A DNA stretch of 64,000 bases, from positions 17,670,001-17,734,000 of the forward strand of contig NC_086097.1 of the NCBI RefSeq assembly GCF_963921235.1, written 5' to 3'. The notes below the pieces were generated by a model. That model worked only from the letters and a program-made list of their open reading frames with translations, did not search any database and was not told where the DNA came from. This document shows, piece by piece, positions 53,113 through 64,000 of this stretch. The position numbers were made by a program, and so were the translations under genes. This DNA comes from Mobula hypostoma (taxonomy: Eukaryota). How positions within the stretch are numbered: position 1 is the first letter of the stretch; the number at the start of each line of letters is the position of its first letter.

Positions 53113-56100
53113 GAACATAGAATAGTACAGCACAGTACAGGCCCTTCAGCCCACAATGTTGTGCCGACCCTCAAACCATGCCTCCCATATAAGCCCCCAA
53201 CTTAAATTCCTCCATATACCTCTCCAGTAGTCTCTTAAACTTCACTAGTGTATCTGCCTCCACCACTGACTCAGGCAGTGCAATCCACGCACCAACCACT
53301 CTCTGAGTAAAAAACCTTCCTCTAATATCCCCTTTGAATTTCCCACACCTTACCTTAAAGCCATGTCCTCTTGTATTGAGCAGTGGTGCCCTGGGGAAGA
53401 GGTGCTGGCTATCCACTCTATCTATTCCTCTTATTATCTTGTACACCTCTATCATGTCTCCTCTCATCCTCCTCCTCTCCAAAGAGTAAAGCCCTAGCTC
53501 CCTTAATCTCTGATCATAATGCATACTCTCCAAACCAGGCAGCATCCTGGTAAATTTCCTCTGTACCCTTTCCAATGCTTCCACATCCTTCCTATAGTGA
53601 GGCGACCAGAACTGGACACAGTACTCCAAGTGTGGTCTAACCAGAGTTTTATAGAGCTACATCATTACATCGCGACTCTTAAACTCTATCCCTCGACTTA
53701 TGAAAGCTAACACCCCATAAGCTTTCTTAACTACCCTATCCACCTGTGAGACAACTTTCAGGGATCGGTGGACATGTACCCACAGATCCCTCTGCTCCTC
53801 CACACTACCAAGTATCCTGCCATTTACTTTGTACTCTGCCTTGGAGTTTGACCTTCCAAAGTGTACCACCTCACACTTCTCCGGGTTGAACTCCATCTGC
53901 CACTTCTCAGCCCACTTCTGCATCCTGTCAATGTCTCTCTGCAATCTTTGACAATCCTCTACACTATCTACAACACCACCAACCTTTGTCTCATCTGCAA
54001 ACTTGCCAGCCACCCTTCTACCCCCACATCCAGGTCGTTAATAAAAATCACGATAAGTAGAGGACCCAGAACAGATCCTTGTGGGACACCACTAGTCACA
54101 ATCCTCCAATCTGAATGTACTCCCTCCACCACCACCCTCTGCCTTCTGCAGGCAAGCCAATTCTGAATCCACCTGGACAAACTTCCCTGGATCCCATGCC
54201 TTCTGACTTTCTGAATAAGCCTACCATGTGGAACCTTGTCAAATGCCTTACTAAAATCCATATAGCTCACATTCACTGCACTACCCTCATCTATATGCCT
54301 GGTCACCTCCTCAAAGAACCCTATCAGGCTTGTTAGATACGATCTGCCCTTCACAAAGCCATGCTGCCTGTCCCTGATCAGACCATGATTCTCTAAATGC
54401 CCATAGATCCTATCTCTAAGAATCTTTTCCAACAGCTTTCCCACCACAGACGTAAGGCTCACTGGTCTATAATTACCCAGACTATCCCTACTACCTTTTT
54501 TGAGCAAGGGGACAACATTCGCCTCCCTGCAATCCTCTGGTACCATTCCCGTTGACAAGGAGGACATAAAGATCCTAGCCAGAGGCTCAGCAATCTCTTC
54601 CCTCGCCTCGTGGAGCAGCCTGGCGAATATTCTGTCAGGCCCCAGGGACTTATCCATCCTAATGTATTTTAACAACTCCAACACCTCCTACACCTCCTCT
54701 CCCTTAATATCAACATGCTCCAGAACATCAACCTCACTCATATTGTCCTCACCATCATCAAGTTCCCTCTCATTGGTGAATACTGAAGAGAAGTATTCAT
54801 TGAGGACCTTGCTCACTTCCACAGCCTCCAGGCACATCTTCCCACCTTTATCTCTAATCGGTCCTACTTTCACTCCTGTCATCCTTTTTTTTCTTCACAT
54901 AATTGAAGAATGCCTTGGGGTTTTCCTTGACCCTACTCGCTAAGGCCTTCTCATGCCCCCTTCTTGCTCTTCTCAGCCCCTTCTTAAGCTCCTTTCTTGC
55001 TTCCCTATATTCCTCAATAGGCCCATCTGATCCTTGCTTCCTAAACCTCATGTATGCTGCCTTCTTCCACCTGACTAGATTTTCCACCTTACTTGTCACC
55101 CATGGTTCCTTTACCCTACCATTCTTTATCTTCCTCACCGGGACAAATTTATCCCTAACAGCCTGCGAGAGATCTCTAAACATCGACCACATGTCCATAG
55201 TACATTTCCCTGCAAAAACATCATCCCAATTCACACCCGCAAGTTCTAGCCTTATAGCCTCATAATTTGCCATTCCTTAATTAAAAATTTTCCTGTCGTC
55301 TCTGCTTCTATCCTTTTCCATGATAATGCTAAAGGCCAGGGTGCAGTGGTCACTGTCCCCCAGATGCTCACCCACTGAGAGATCTGTGACCTGACTCAGT
55401 TCATTACCTAGTACTAGATCTAGTATGGCATTCCCCCTAGTCGGCCTGTCCACATACTGTGGCAGGAATCCATCCTGGACACACTTAACAAACTCTGCCC
55501 CATCTAAACCCTTGGAACTATTCAGGTGCCAATCAATATTAGGGAAGTTAAAGTCACCCATGATAACAACCCTGTTATTTTTGCACCTTTCCAAAATCTG
55601 CCTCCCAATCTGCTCCTCTGTATCTCTGCTGCTACCAGGGGGCCTATAGAATACCCCCAGTAGAGTAACTGCTTCCTTCCTGTTCCTGACTTCCACCCAT
55701 ATTGACTCAAAAGAGGATCCTGCTACATTACCCACCCTTTCTGTAGCTGTAATAGTATCCCTGACCAGTAATGCCACCCCTCCTCCCCTTTTTCCACCCT
55801 CTCTATCCCTTTTAAAGCACTGAAATCCTGGAATATTGAGAATCCATTCCTGCCCTGGTGCCAGCCAAGTCTCTGTAATGGCCACTACATCATAATTCCA
55901 TGTATGTATCCAAACTCTCAGTTCATCACCTTTGTTCCTGATGCTTCTTGCATTGAGGTACACACATTTCAGTCCTTCTACCTTACTGTCTTTACACCAT
56001 TTATCCTGCTTCTCTTTCCTCAAAGCCTCTCTATATGTTAGATCTGGCTTTACCCCATGCACTTCTTTCACTGCTCTATCACTCTGGGTCCCATCCCCCT

Positions 56101-57710
56101 TGCAAATTAGTTTAAACCCTCCCGAACCATGCTAGCAAACCTACCTGCAAGGATATTGCTCCCCCTCGAGTTCAGGTGCAACCCATCCAATCTGTACAAG
56201 TCCCACCTTCCCCAAAAAAGATCCCAATGATCCAAAAATCTAAAACCCTGCTCCCTGCACCAACTCCTCAGCCACGCATTCAACTGCCATCTCCTCCAGT
56301 TTTTACCATCACTGTCACGTAGCACTGGCAGCAATCCTGAGAACACCACCCTTGAGGTCCTGTTCTTCAGCCTTCTGCCTAGTTCCCGAAACACTCACTT
56401 CAGGACCTCATCCCTCTTCCTGCCTATGTCATTGGTCCCAACATGTATCATGACTTCTGGTTGCTTTCCCTGTCGTACCAGGATGTCGTGCACCCGGTCA
56501 GAGACATCCTGGACCCTGGCACCTGGGAGGCAACAAACCATGCAGGTGTCCTTCTCACGTCCACAAAATCTCCTGTCTGCTCCCCTGACTATAGAGTCTC
56601 CAATGACGACAGCTCTCCTCTTCTCCGTCCCACCCTTCTGCACCACCGGGTCAGACTCAGTGCCGGAGGCCCTGCCACCGTGGCTCACATCTGGTCGGTC
56701 GTCCCCGCCAACAGTATCCAGGACGGTGTACTTATTATTCAGGGGAATGGCTATAGGGGTGCTCTGCACTACCTGTCTGCTCACCTTCGCTTTCCCCCCC
56801 CTCTGACTGTCACCCAACGACCCACTTCCGACAGCCTAGGTGTGACTACCTCCCTGTAGCTCTCATCTATGTCTGCCTCATTCTCCCTTATGAGTCGAAG
56901 GTCATCTAGCTGCTGCTCCAGATTCCTTACAAGCTCTTCCAGATCGCCCAGCCGTATGCACTTCTGGCAGATGTGACTCTGCGGGACTGGGGCGTCCCCC
57001 AAGACTGCCACATCTCACATGAGAGGCACATCACCGTCTCAGGAGACATTGTAAAGACTAATTGCGAGCAAGCTTGTCCTCCGCCTCTTCTCGTCTAAGC
57101 CTCTCGAGTCAAAGCCTCAAAGCTCCACTCCTTCACTGGCCACTTTCCACAGGCTGCTTCGCTTGAGCTATCCTTCTATTTATCTGTCTGTATGTATCTT
57201 GTTTTTACGGCGGTTGGCATCCGGCTTAATGGTGCATTACCGCCACCCTCTGCTCCAGAATGTGCACTAGACATACATTCTAAATCCCTTCACCCAATCG
57301 CGCGCCCGCACGCACACACACACACACACACAAACATATATATATATATATACAAACCTACACTTCACCCTCCCATCGTTGACCATCCTAGTATCCTATT
57401 CCTGTTTATTCATCATATTCTATAAAAAAAACCCTTGTACTCCTCTTCTATTTATCTGTTTGAGCTTTTCAAAATGCTTGGTCACCTGACCTTGACTGCC
57501 CAATCAGCTGCTTTCAGCTGAGTCTGAGCTCTTGAAATCTTGATTGTCAATCAATAGCTTTCTGCTGATCTATTCAAATCTTGATTGACTTGATTGCACA
57601 GACCAACTGCCAAAACTGCCAGAATCTCTTGAATCAAAGCCTCAAAGCTCCACTCCTTCACTGGCCCACTTGCTTACTGGCCGCTTTCCGCTTTAAATTA
57701 AATATTAAGA
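53113..57710 (-). mobile_element. Second near full-length CR1 LINE (different subfamily), inactivated
   Basis: ORF1 HICQKC, GDSIVRG, HVGTND, DGLHLN. ORF2 [35 protein letters not shown]. Tail at about 53111-53125. Candidate TSD atattta at 53106-53112 and 57711-57717. Confidence 0.95.
57188..57444 (-). mobile_element. 257-bp truncated LINE 3' end (possibly Nimb/I-like) in the CR1 5' UTR, with a 15-bp TSD
   Basis: cttctatttatctgt at 57173-57187 and 57445-57459. Terminal stem-loop ggcggt..gcatc..ggtgc..accgcc. The clade call is from memory and tentative. Confidence 0.75.
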
Positions 57711-58699
57711 ATATTTAATTCTTATTTATTTCTATTATTATTTCCTATTTTTCCTTTGGTATTTGCACAGTCATTGTCTTTTGCATGTTGGTTGTTTGTC
57801 CAGTGTGTTGAGTGAGATCTTTCATGAATTCTATTGTGTTTCTTGTATTTATTATAAATGCCCGTAAGAAAATGTATGTCTGGTTTGTATATGGTGACGT
57901 ACATGTACTTTAAAGATAAATTTATTTTGAATTTTGAACTTGTGGAAATCCACACCACTCAAGATGGAGAAGAAGCATCCAGGCTGGCATTGAAATACTC
58001 AAGGCTATGCCTCGGCAACATACAGAAGCCTTCTGAAAGATGTGGAAGAAATGCGTGTTATTACCTGCACCTTCAACCATTCTGTCACTCACCTCCTGTT
58101 CACCAGAGGGAGAGTCTGCACATTGCCTCTCTAGGTAACTTAGAATCCAGAAGATTGGAGTGGAGTTAAGTAATCCTCAGTCCTGTGGGACTGCCTGAAA
58201 AGAAGCAACTTTAGTTTCTTTCCACATTCTAAAGACCTATGCATTGGTAAGCTGCTGTAAACTACCCCAAAGAATGGCAGGAGAATTGCAAGGAGAGAGT
58301 TTGGAGAGTTAATAAGCATGGCAAGAGAATAAGTTAGAGGAAAATGTCCTGTGTGCTTTTCAATTCATTTTCTTTTGGAATCTGGAGCCCAAGCACAATT
58401 CAGAACTTCCATTGTGGTGCTCATATATTGGTTGGATTCTTCCTGTGTTGCAACAGGATCTGTGATATCTACCTTAGCTTAATTCATGGATATTACGTAC
58501 AGTACAGGAAAATAACCAATGGCACCAGGACAAACCAACCAAGGGTACAGGGAGATTTTAAATAATAGGATGATAAAGGGAAGCTGCTGACAATCACGGG
58601 TGGCAATGGCTGGTACTGAATGGTTGTTCACAATCTAGAAGATGAACAGCAGCATTCCTGTAGGACTGGTGTTAAGAATAGAAGCCACAATTTTAAAAT

Positions 58700-59500
58700 T
58701 TGCAGTCATCTAAGCAGTAAAGATAATGATAAATTGCAACAGGATATAAACAATCTGGTAAATGAAGGGACACAAGGCAAGTTAATGTAAAGTAATGCAG
58801 TGTGGATGCATTTTGAGAAAATGAATTTCACAAGACAGAACAGGACAAAGGACACTGTTCCAAGCTGGCTGAAGGAGCAAAGGGACTGAGGGAATGAATA
58901 GCATAGTGCAGGACAGGTTGAGAAAGCAATTAAGGCATACACAATTCTGTGATTTATCAACAGAGGCAGAGTATTAATGCCAACTCTTTATAGAATACTT
59001 TTGGCTTCAATTGATGTGTTCTTTCATTTCTGGTTACTTCAATAAAGAGGAAATCCAGAAAGAATTTACAAGAATCAACCTGAGATGAGAGGTTACTTTA
59101 CAAGGATATCTCGGGTACTAAATCTGTTTTCCATAGAGAAGGTTATCGGGAGATCTAATATATGTCATCTTGAATCTTTGTAAACTTCAACAAAAAGTAG
59201 AGGCACTACCATGCTTTCTTCACTATTACACTTATATGCTGAACCAAGGACAGGTCCTCTGAAATGATAACACCAAGACATGTACGGTTGCTGACCTTCT
59301 CCACCTTTGATCCCCTGATGAGGACTGGCTCATGGACCTCTGGTTTCCTCCTCCTGAAAACAACAATCAGCTCTTTGGTCATGCTGACTTTGAGGTAGAG
59401 GTTGTTGTTGTTGTTGTCGTGGCACCACTCAGCCAGATTTTCAATCTCCTTCCTCTATGCTGATTCGTCACTACTTTTGATTCAACCGACAACAGGACAT
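58700..59500. mobile_element. Old CR1 (+, to about 59160) and Rex1-like (-, about 59165-59495) fragments
   Basis: Similar to other copies in the window (caacaggatataaacaatctgg; ccaaggacaggtcctctgaaat). Confidence 0.65.
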
Positions 59501-59717
59501 TCCAAGAGTCTGTCCAGATTAGTCACCATTACTATATAGGTAAACACAGTATACCAGTATATTTTAAGTGATATTGTCTGTAAATTATTTATCATAAATG
59601 TAAAAAAAAAAGTTTAAAATTCTAAATAAGTTGAGATGCTGGAGATAAGTTATCTTATGTCCTACTCTTCTTTAAATCAAATTTTAAAGTAATTTTGTAA
59701 TTTGATTTTCTTTACAG

Positions 59718-59882
59718 CGGACAAGGCGGTTTCTGCTGAACTGGGACCCTGTTTCAGATCAGTGTCCAATGGGAACTGTTCTCTGCCTCTCTCTCAGCAA
59801 ATTGCAAAGCAGATTTGTTGTTGTAGCCGTGTGGGCAAAGGATGGGGTAAAAACTGTGAAAAGTGTCCACTTCCTGGCTCAG
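59718..59882 (+). CDS. LTBP2: LTBP2 exon D, first TB (8-Cys) domain: [55 protein letters not shown]
   Basis: Acceptor tttacag| and donor CAG|gtaatg. 165 nt, phase 1-1. SDKA and [11 protein letters not shown] match LTBP2; LTBP1 has KQLCCCSVGK (recalled). Confidence 0.96.
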
Positions 59883-60029
59883 GTAATGTCTGTTAGACAC
59901 TCTGTCAAATTATTATGATTACCAAATCATTATGATTATATGTGTATATAAAATAAAATTAAATAAGTAGTACTAAAAGAGAGCAAAAAGAACAGGTGAG
60001 GCAGTATACATTGTCCATTCAGAAATTCA

Positions 60030-60950
60030 GGCAACTAAAAATGTCATTAAGAAGATAAAGATGAAATATGAAAGTAAGTAGGCCAATAATATTGAAGAAA
60101 GGCAAACCGACAGTTCCTTCAGATAAAGTGTAAAAGAGAGGCAAACGTGGATGTCGGACCACTGGAAAACGATCCCTCGGAGGTAGTAATGGGGAAGAAG
60201 GAAATGGCTAACAAACTGAATATGTATTTTATAGTTGTCTTCACTGTAGAAGACGCTAGTAATATGGTGAAAGTTCCAGGAGTCAGGGGTCATGAAGTGT
60301 GTGAAGTTGCTATTACTAGGCAGAAGGTTCTTGTAAACTGAATGGTCTGAAGTTAGATAAGTCACCTGGACCAGATGGTGTGCACCCCAGGATACTGAAA
60401 GGTGGCTGAAGAAATTTTGAGGGCATTTGTAATGATTTTTCGAGAATTTCTGGATTCTGGAATGGTTCTGAAAGATGGGAAAATTGAAAGTGTCCCTCCA
60501 CTCTTCAAGAAGGGGGATAGGCAGAAGAAAAGAAGTTACAGGCCAGTTAGTCTGTTGTATTTTCACAATCAATTTTTTGGCCTTGCTGATGTTGAATGCC
60601 AGTTGTCATTGCGACACCATTCAATCAGCTGATGTATCTCTCTCCAGTGTGCCTCCTCGTCACCATCTGAAATTCTGCCAAAAATAATTGTGTTGTCAGC
60701 AAATTAATAGACTGTTTGAGCTGTGCCGAGCCACACAGTCGTGGGTGTAGAGAGAAGAGCAATAGACTAAGCACACATCCTTGAGGTGTGCCAGCGTTGA
60801 TTGTCAGTGAGGATGAGATACTATTTCCGATCTTCACTGACTATGGTTTCCCATGGGGAACCAAGTCAAGGATCCGCTTGCAGAGGGAGATACAGAGGCC
60901 TAGGGTTTAGAGCTTGTTGATTAGTACTGAGGGTATGATGGTGTTGAACG
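60030..60950. mobile_element. CR1 ORF2 fragment (+, to about 60555) and Rex1-like RT fragment (-, about 60555-60950)
   Basis: Peptides PLFKKGDRQKKRSYRPVSL and IGNSISSSLTINAGTPQGCVLS. Confidence 0.85.
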
Positions 60951-61374
60951 CAGAAAGTCAAATGAAAATCTATTTCTAATGGATCTTTTATAGTCTCTGG
61001 TTACAGAGTGAAGTGAGGCTGAAATTTGTTGATTCAGTCTAGACTTTTCAGTCTGGTTTCCTCATTAAGTGACTAAAGCTGTAACAGAAGAATGAAATTG
61101 AGCTCAATGAATGTTGTTGAGTCTCTGTACATACAATTCTTTGCTGAAAATTTCCTTTGAAATTATTTGGCAACATATTGGCACCTTCTTGTATGTAACC
61201 CTCTCTGCCATTCCTGTCTGCTCTGTAAATAATAGCCTGAAAAATGTATTTAAGATTGGATTCAGGATCATTTTTATATCAGTTACTACTTTGCTGCAGA
61301 ATATAACTGCCCCTGTTTTGTAGGTGAATGAGGAATCTCAAAGTCAAATATATTGACATATGGACAAGTTAATG

Positions 61375-61735
61375 CACTCAAGACCACTTTATTAGGTGCT
61401 TGCTGCACTCAATAAAGTGACCACTGGGTGTATGTTTGTGGTCTTCTGCTGCTGTAGCCTATTCACTTCAAGGTTTGACATGCTGTGCATTCAAAGATGT
61501 TCTTCTGCACACCACTGTGGTAACGTGTGGTTATTTGAGTTACTGTTGCCTTCATGTCGGCTTAAACTAGTCTGTCTATTCTTCTCTGACTTCTCATTAA
61601 CTGGGTGCTTTCGCCCACGGAACTGCTGCTCACTGGGTGTTTTTTTTTTCTCACCATGCTCTGTAAACTCTGAAATCTGTTGTGACTGAACACCCCAGGA
61701 GATCAGCAGTTTGTGAGATACTCAATCAACTTGTG
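61375..61735. mobile_element. Probable Tc1-like non-autonomous element remnant
   Basis: Short inverted pair cactca..cactttatt and aataaagtgaccactgggtg. The family call is from recollection only. Confidence 0.4.
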
Positions 61736-62100
61736 GGCGATTGTAAAAATGGAACTTGTCAATGTCCTGTGGATGGTCAGAATGGCAGTTTTGCTCATTA
61801 TATCGGAGGTTAAGTTTCAAACATATATGCATTGTTACAATGTTGTAGTAGCCTTGCAGTGTTTGTCTTGTATTGGAGCTCAGCATTTAACTTGAAAACA
61901 GACATAATATTCATTTCTGCTTAGGGAGCAAAAAACCAAAATTTATAACAGGTTCCAGAGCAGTCAAAATCATAATAACGGTATAATTTTTTAACAATCA
62001 TTTTTATTCAGACATTTATTCTTTCAACAATTTGGTAGGTAATGTTTTGCATATTCCTGTTTCTAATTTCAACTAATTTAGAAATTTCCTTTGATTTCAG

Positions 62101-62279
62101 TCGTTTTCAATGAAATCTGCCCAGCGGGTCACGGTTATCATTACTCCAGGTCTCATGTCCAGATCTTGATGAGACCTGCTGAAGAAGAGGAAATAACTCA
62201 TGTTTCTCTAGAACAGTATCTTGACAATCGGCAGAATGCTGTCAAGGATTCCAAGTTAACTTCAAAGGAAGAAAATTAT
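62101..62279 (+). CDS. LTBP2: LTBP2 exon E, end of TB1 and start of hinge: (V)VFNEICPAGHGYHYSRSHVQILMRPAEEEEITHV... The 3' end is either 62279 or 62295.
   Basis: Acceptor tttcag| at 62100. EICPAGHGY and MRxAEEEE match LTBP2. Two candidate donors: gtaagc at 62280 and gtaagt at 62296. Confidence 0.88.
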
Positions 62280-63363
62280 GTAAGCTTAGAAAGATGTAAG
62301 TACTGAATTTAGGTTGAACGTTCTCAATTTCTATATGCTATATTTGTGCTTGGAGAGAAATTCGAATTTACACTAGGCTATCAAGATGAGAACCCTCCCT
62401 ATAATTTTTCACAGTATTAACTTGGGACAAAGAGAATAATTTTGATGGATTTATAAAGCGGGCTTTAAGGAACACTGCTTCATAATTATGAATGCCAGTT
62501 CCTGAATTCATAAACTTCATAAAAATATGTTCAATTCTAAATTAATTTTCATTGATAAAATAATAAAAGTAGCACAGTAAAGGTAAATACTATATATAAT
62601 GAGATTGTAACTTTTACAAATATCTGAAATATTTCCACTCGATAAACTAAACAATTATTTTAAACTGTTAATTCTTTTCTTTTAAATTTCTTAATATAGA
62701 ACGTAGAACAGTACAACACAGAAACATGATGCCTGTGTCTACCACAATATCAAATTAAACTAATCGCATCTGCCCGCACATGATCCATATCCCTCCATTC
62801 CTTGCATATAATTGGTTCATTATTGTCATGTACTGAAATATACTGTCGTGTAAACCTTTTTGTGCATGCCGTCAATATGGAGGTATTTTAAATTAGTACA
62901 ACAGAAAAAAAGCACTGCAGAATATAATCTTACAGTTACAAAGAATATGCAGGTAGACAGATAAAAAGCAAGGCCTTGACAGACTTAAAATTATATTGCT
63001 CATTCTTATAGCCTTGTAATTGAGATTTAATAAAGTAGGTTTAAAAGAATAGTGATAGAGAGTCATGATGCTGGTAAGATTATGATGTCAGTAGTTGGTA
63101 AATTTCCATCTTCCTCAGAACATAACTGGTACAATTCTTCATTGTTCCTCATTGAGAGCATTCTCACATCAGCCATTACTGTCTGGTTTGGTGCAGCATC
63201 TTCTCACAATATCAGAAAAGTACAATAATCGGTCATGTCAGTAGAAAAAGTCATTGGCTGCATCATTACTGGGCTTGTGTGCATCCAGGACAAAGAAGCG
63301 GGCAGGAACAATCATTGTGGACACTACCCACCCTGCAAACTGCCTTTTCCAAAAGTTGCTGGT

Positions 63364-64000
63364 GACGCAGACTGGGAGACCGTTTTGCTGAACACCTACG
63401 CTCTGTCCGCCAGAGAAAGCAGGATCTCCCATTGGCCACTCATTTTAATTCCACATCCCATTCCCATTCCGACATGTCAGTCCACAGCTTCCTCCACTGT
63501 CACGATGAAGCCACACTCAGGTTGGAGGAGTAACACCTCATATTCCGTCTGGGTAGCCTTCAACCTGATGGCATAAACATTGACTTCTCTAACTTCCGCT
63601 AATGCCCCACCTCCCCCTCGCACCCCATCCATTATTTATTTATATACACACATTCTTTCTCTCACTTGCCTTTTTCTCCCTCTGTCCCTCTGACTATACC
63701 CCTTGCCCATCCTCTGGGTTTCCCCCCCTCCCCCTTTTCCTTCTCCCTGGGCCTCCTGTCCCATGATCCTCTCGTATCCCTTTTGCCAATCACCTGTACA
63801 GCTCTTGGCGCTATCCCTCCCCCTCCCACTTTCAAATCTCTTACTAGCTCTTCCTTCAGTTAGTCCTGACGAAGGGTCTCAGCCTGAAACGTCGACTGTA
63901 CCTCTTCCTAGAGCTGCTGCCTGGCCTGCTGCGTTCACCAGCAACTTTGATGTGTGTTGCTTGAATTTCCAGCATCTGCAGAATTCCTTGTGTTTGCGTT
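63364..64000 (+). mobile_element. Penelope-like element 3' end: GIY-YIG C-terminus plus terminal repeat
   Basis: Reads RRLGDRFAEHLRSV..ATHFNSTSHSHSDM..LRLEE*HLIFRLGSLQPDGINIDFSNFR* (stop 63600-63602), followed by the repeat found elsewhere in the window. Confidence 0.9.
63861..63898 (+). ncRNA. Minimal type I hammerhead ribozyme motif, near intact, sense to LTBP2
   Basis: TAGTC-CTGACGA-A-GGGT(CTC)AGCCT-GAAA-CGTC-GACTG. The first stem II pair is G-U instead of G-C. Confidence 0.72.

Larger units (their letters stand above)
43519..57940 (+). mobile_element. Rex1/Babar-like LINE split by nested insertions (pieces about 43519-43570, 45086-45330, 45810-46669, 52129-53112, 57711-57940)
   Basis: RT peptides FPDELNAFYAHFD, KASGLDGVPG and CFERLIMKHI. 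IIPSKLI|NEI..NWVLDFLTC is continuous across the L1. The 3' UTR resumes after the CR1 and ends in (tttgaa)n. The 5' pieces are less certain. Confidence 0.75.

Noticed and set aside
40274..59882. Fibrillin or LTBP1/3/4 identity for the gene
   Set aside because: The order hybrid - single cbEGF - TB - hinge is LTBP architecture, and the diagnostic residues fit LTBP2 best.
1..64000. CRISPR array, operon or other prokaryotic system; domesticated RT or transposase gene
   Set aside because: There are no regularly spaced repeat-spacer units, the DNA is spliced eukaryotic sequence, and every TE ORF examined has stops or frameshifts.

Overview
Vertebrate genomic DNA, AT-rich and mostly transposon-derived. 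The repeat set (CR1, Rex1/Babar-like, Penelope terminal repeats, V-SINEs) suggests a cartilaginous fish, probably a ray (inference). The only host gene is LTBP2 on the + strand: five internal coding exons (5162-5264, 25976-26050, 40274-40396, 59718-59882, 62101-~62279/62295) that splice in frame and encode the hybrid domain, a cbEGF domain, the first TB domain and the start of the hinge. The introns (20.7, 14.2, 19.3 and 2.2 kb) hold two near full-length CR1 LINEs, a full-length L1, a decayed BEL/Pao element, a Harbinger-type MITE, a rearranged Sleeping-Beauty-like Tc1 transposon and many fragments. The most notable signals are (1) minimal hammerhead ribozyme motifs in Penelope terminal repeats, several in fold-back arrangement, (2) the SB-like Tc1 element, a horizontal-transfer candidate with two right ends, and (3) a 14-kb stack of nested insertions. 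I found nothing I can defend as a wholly new biological system; these are unusual instances of known classes. All family assignments come from reading motifs by eye, with no database search.
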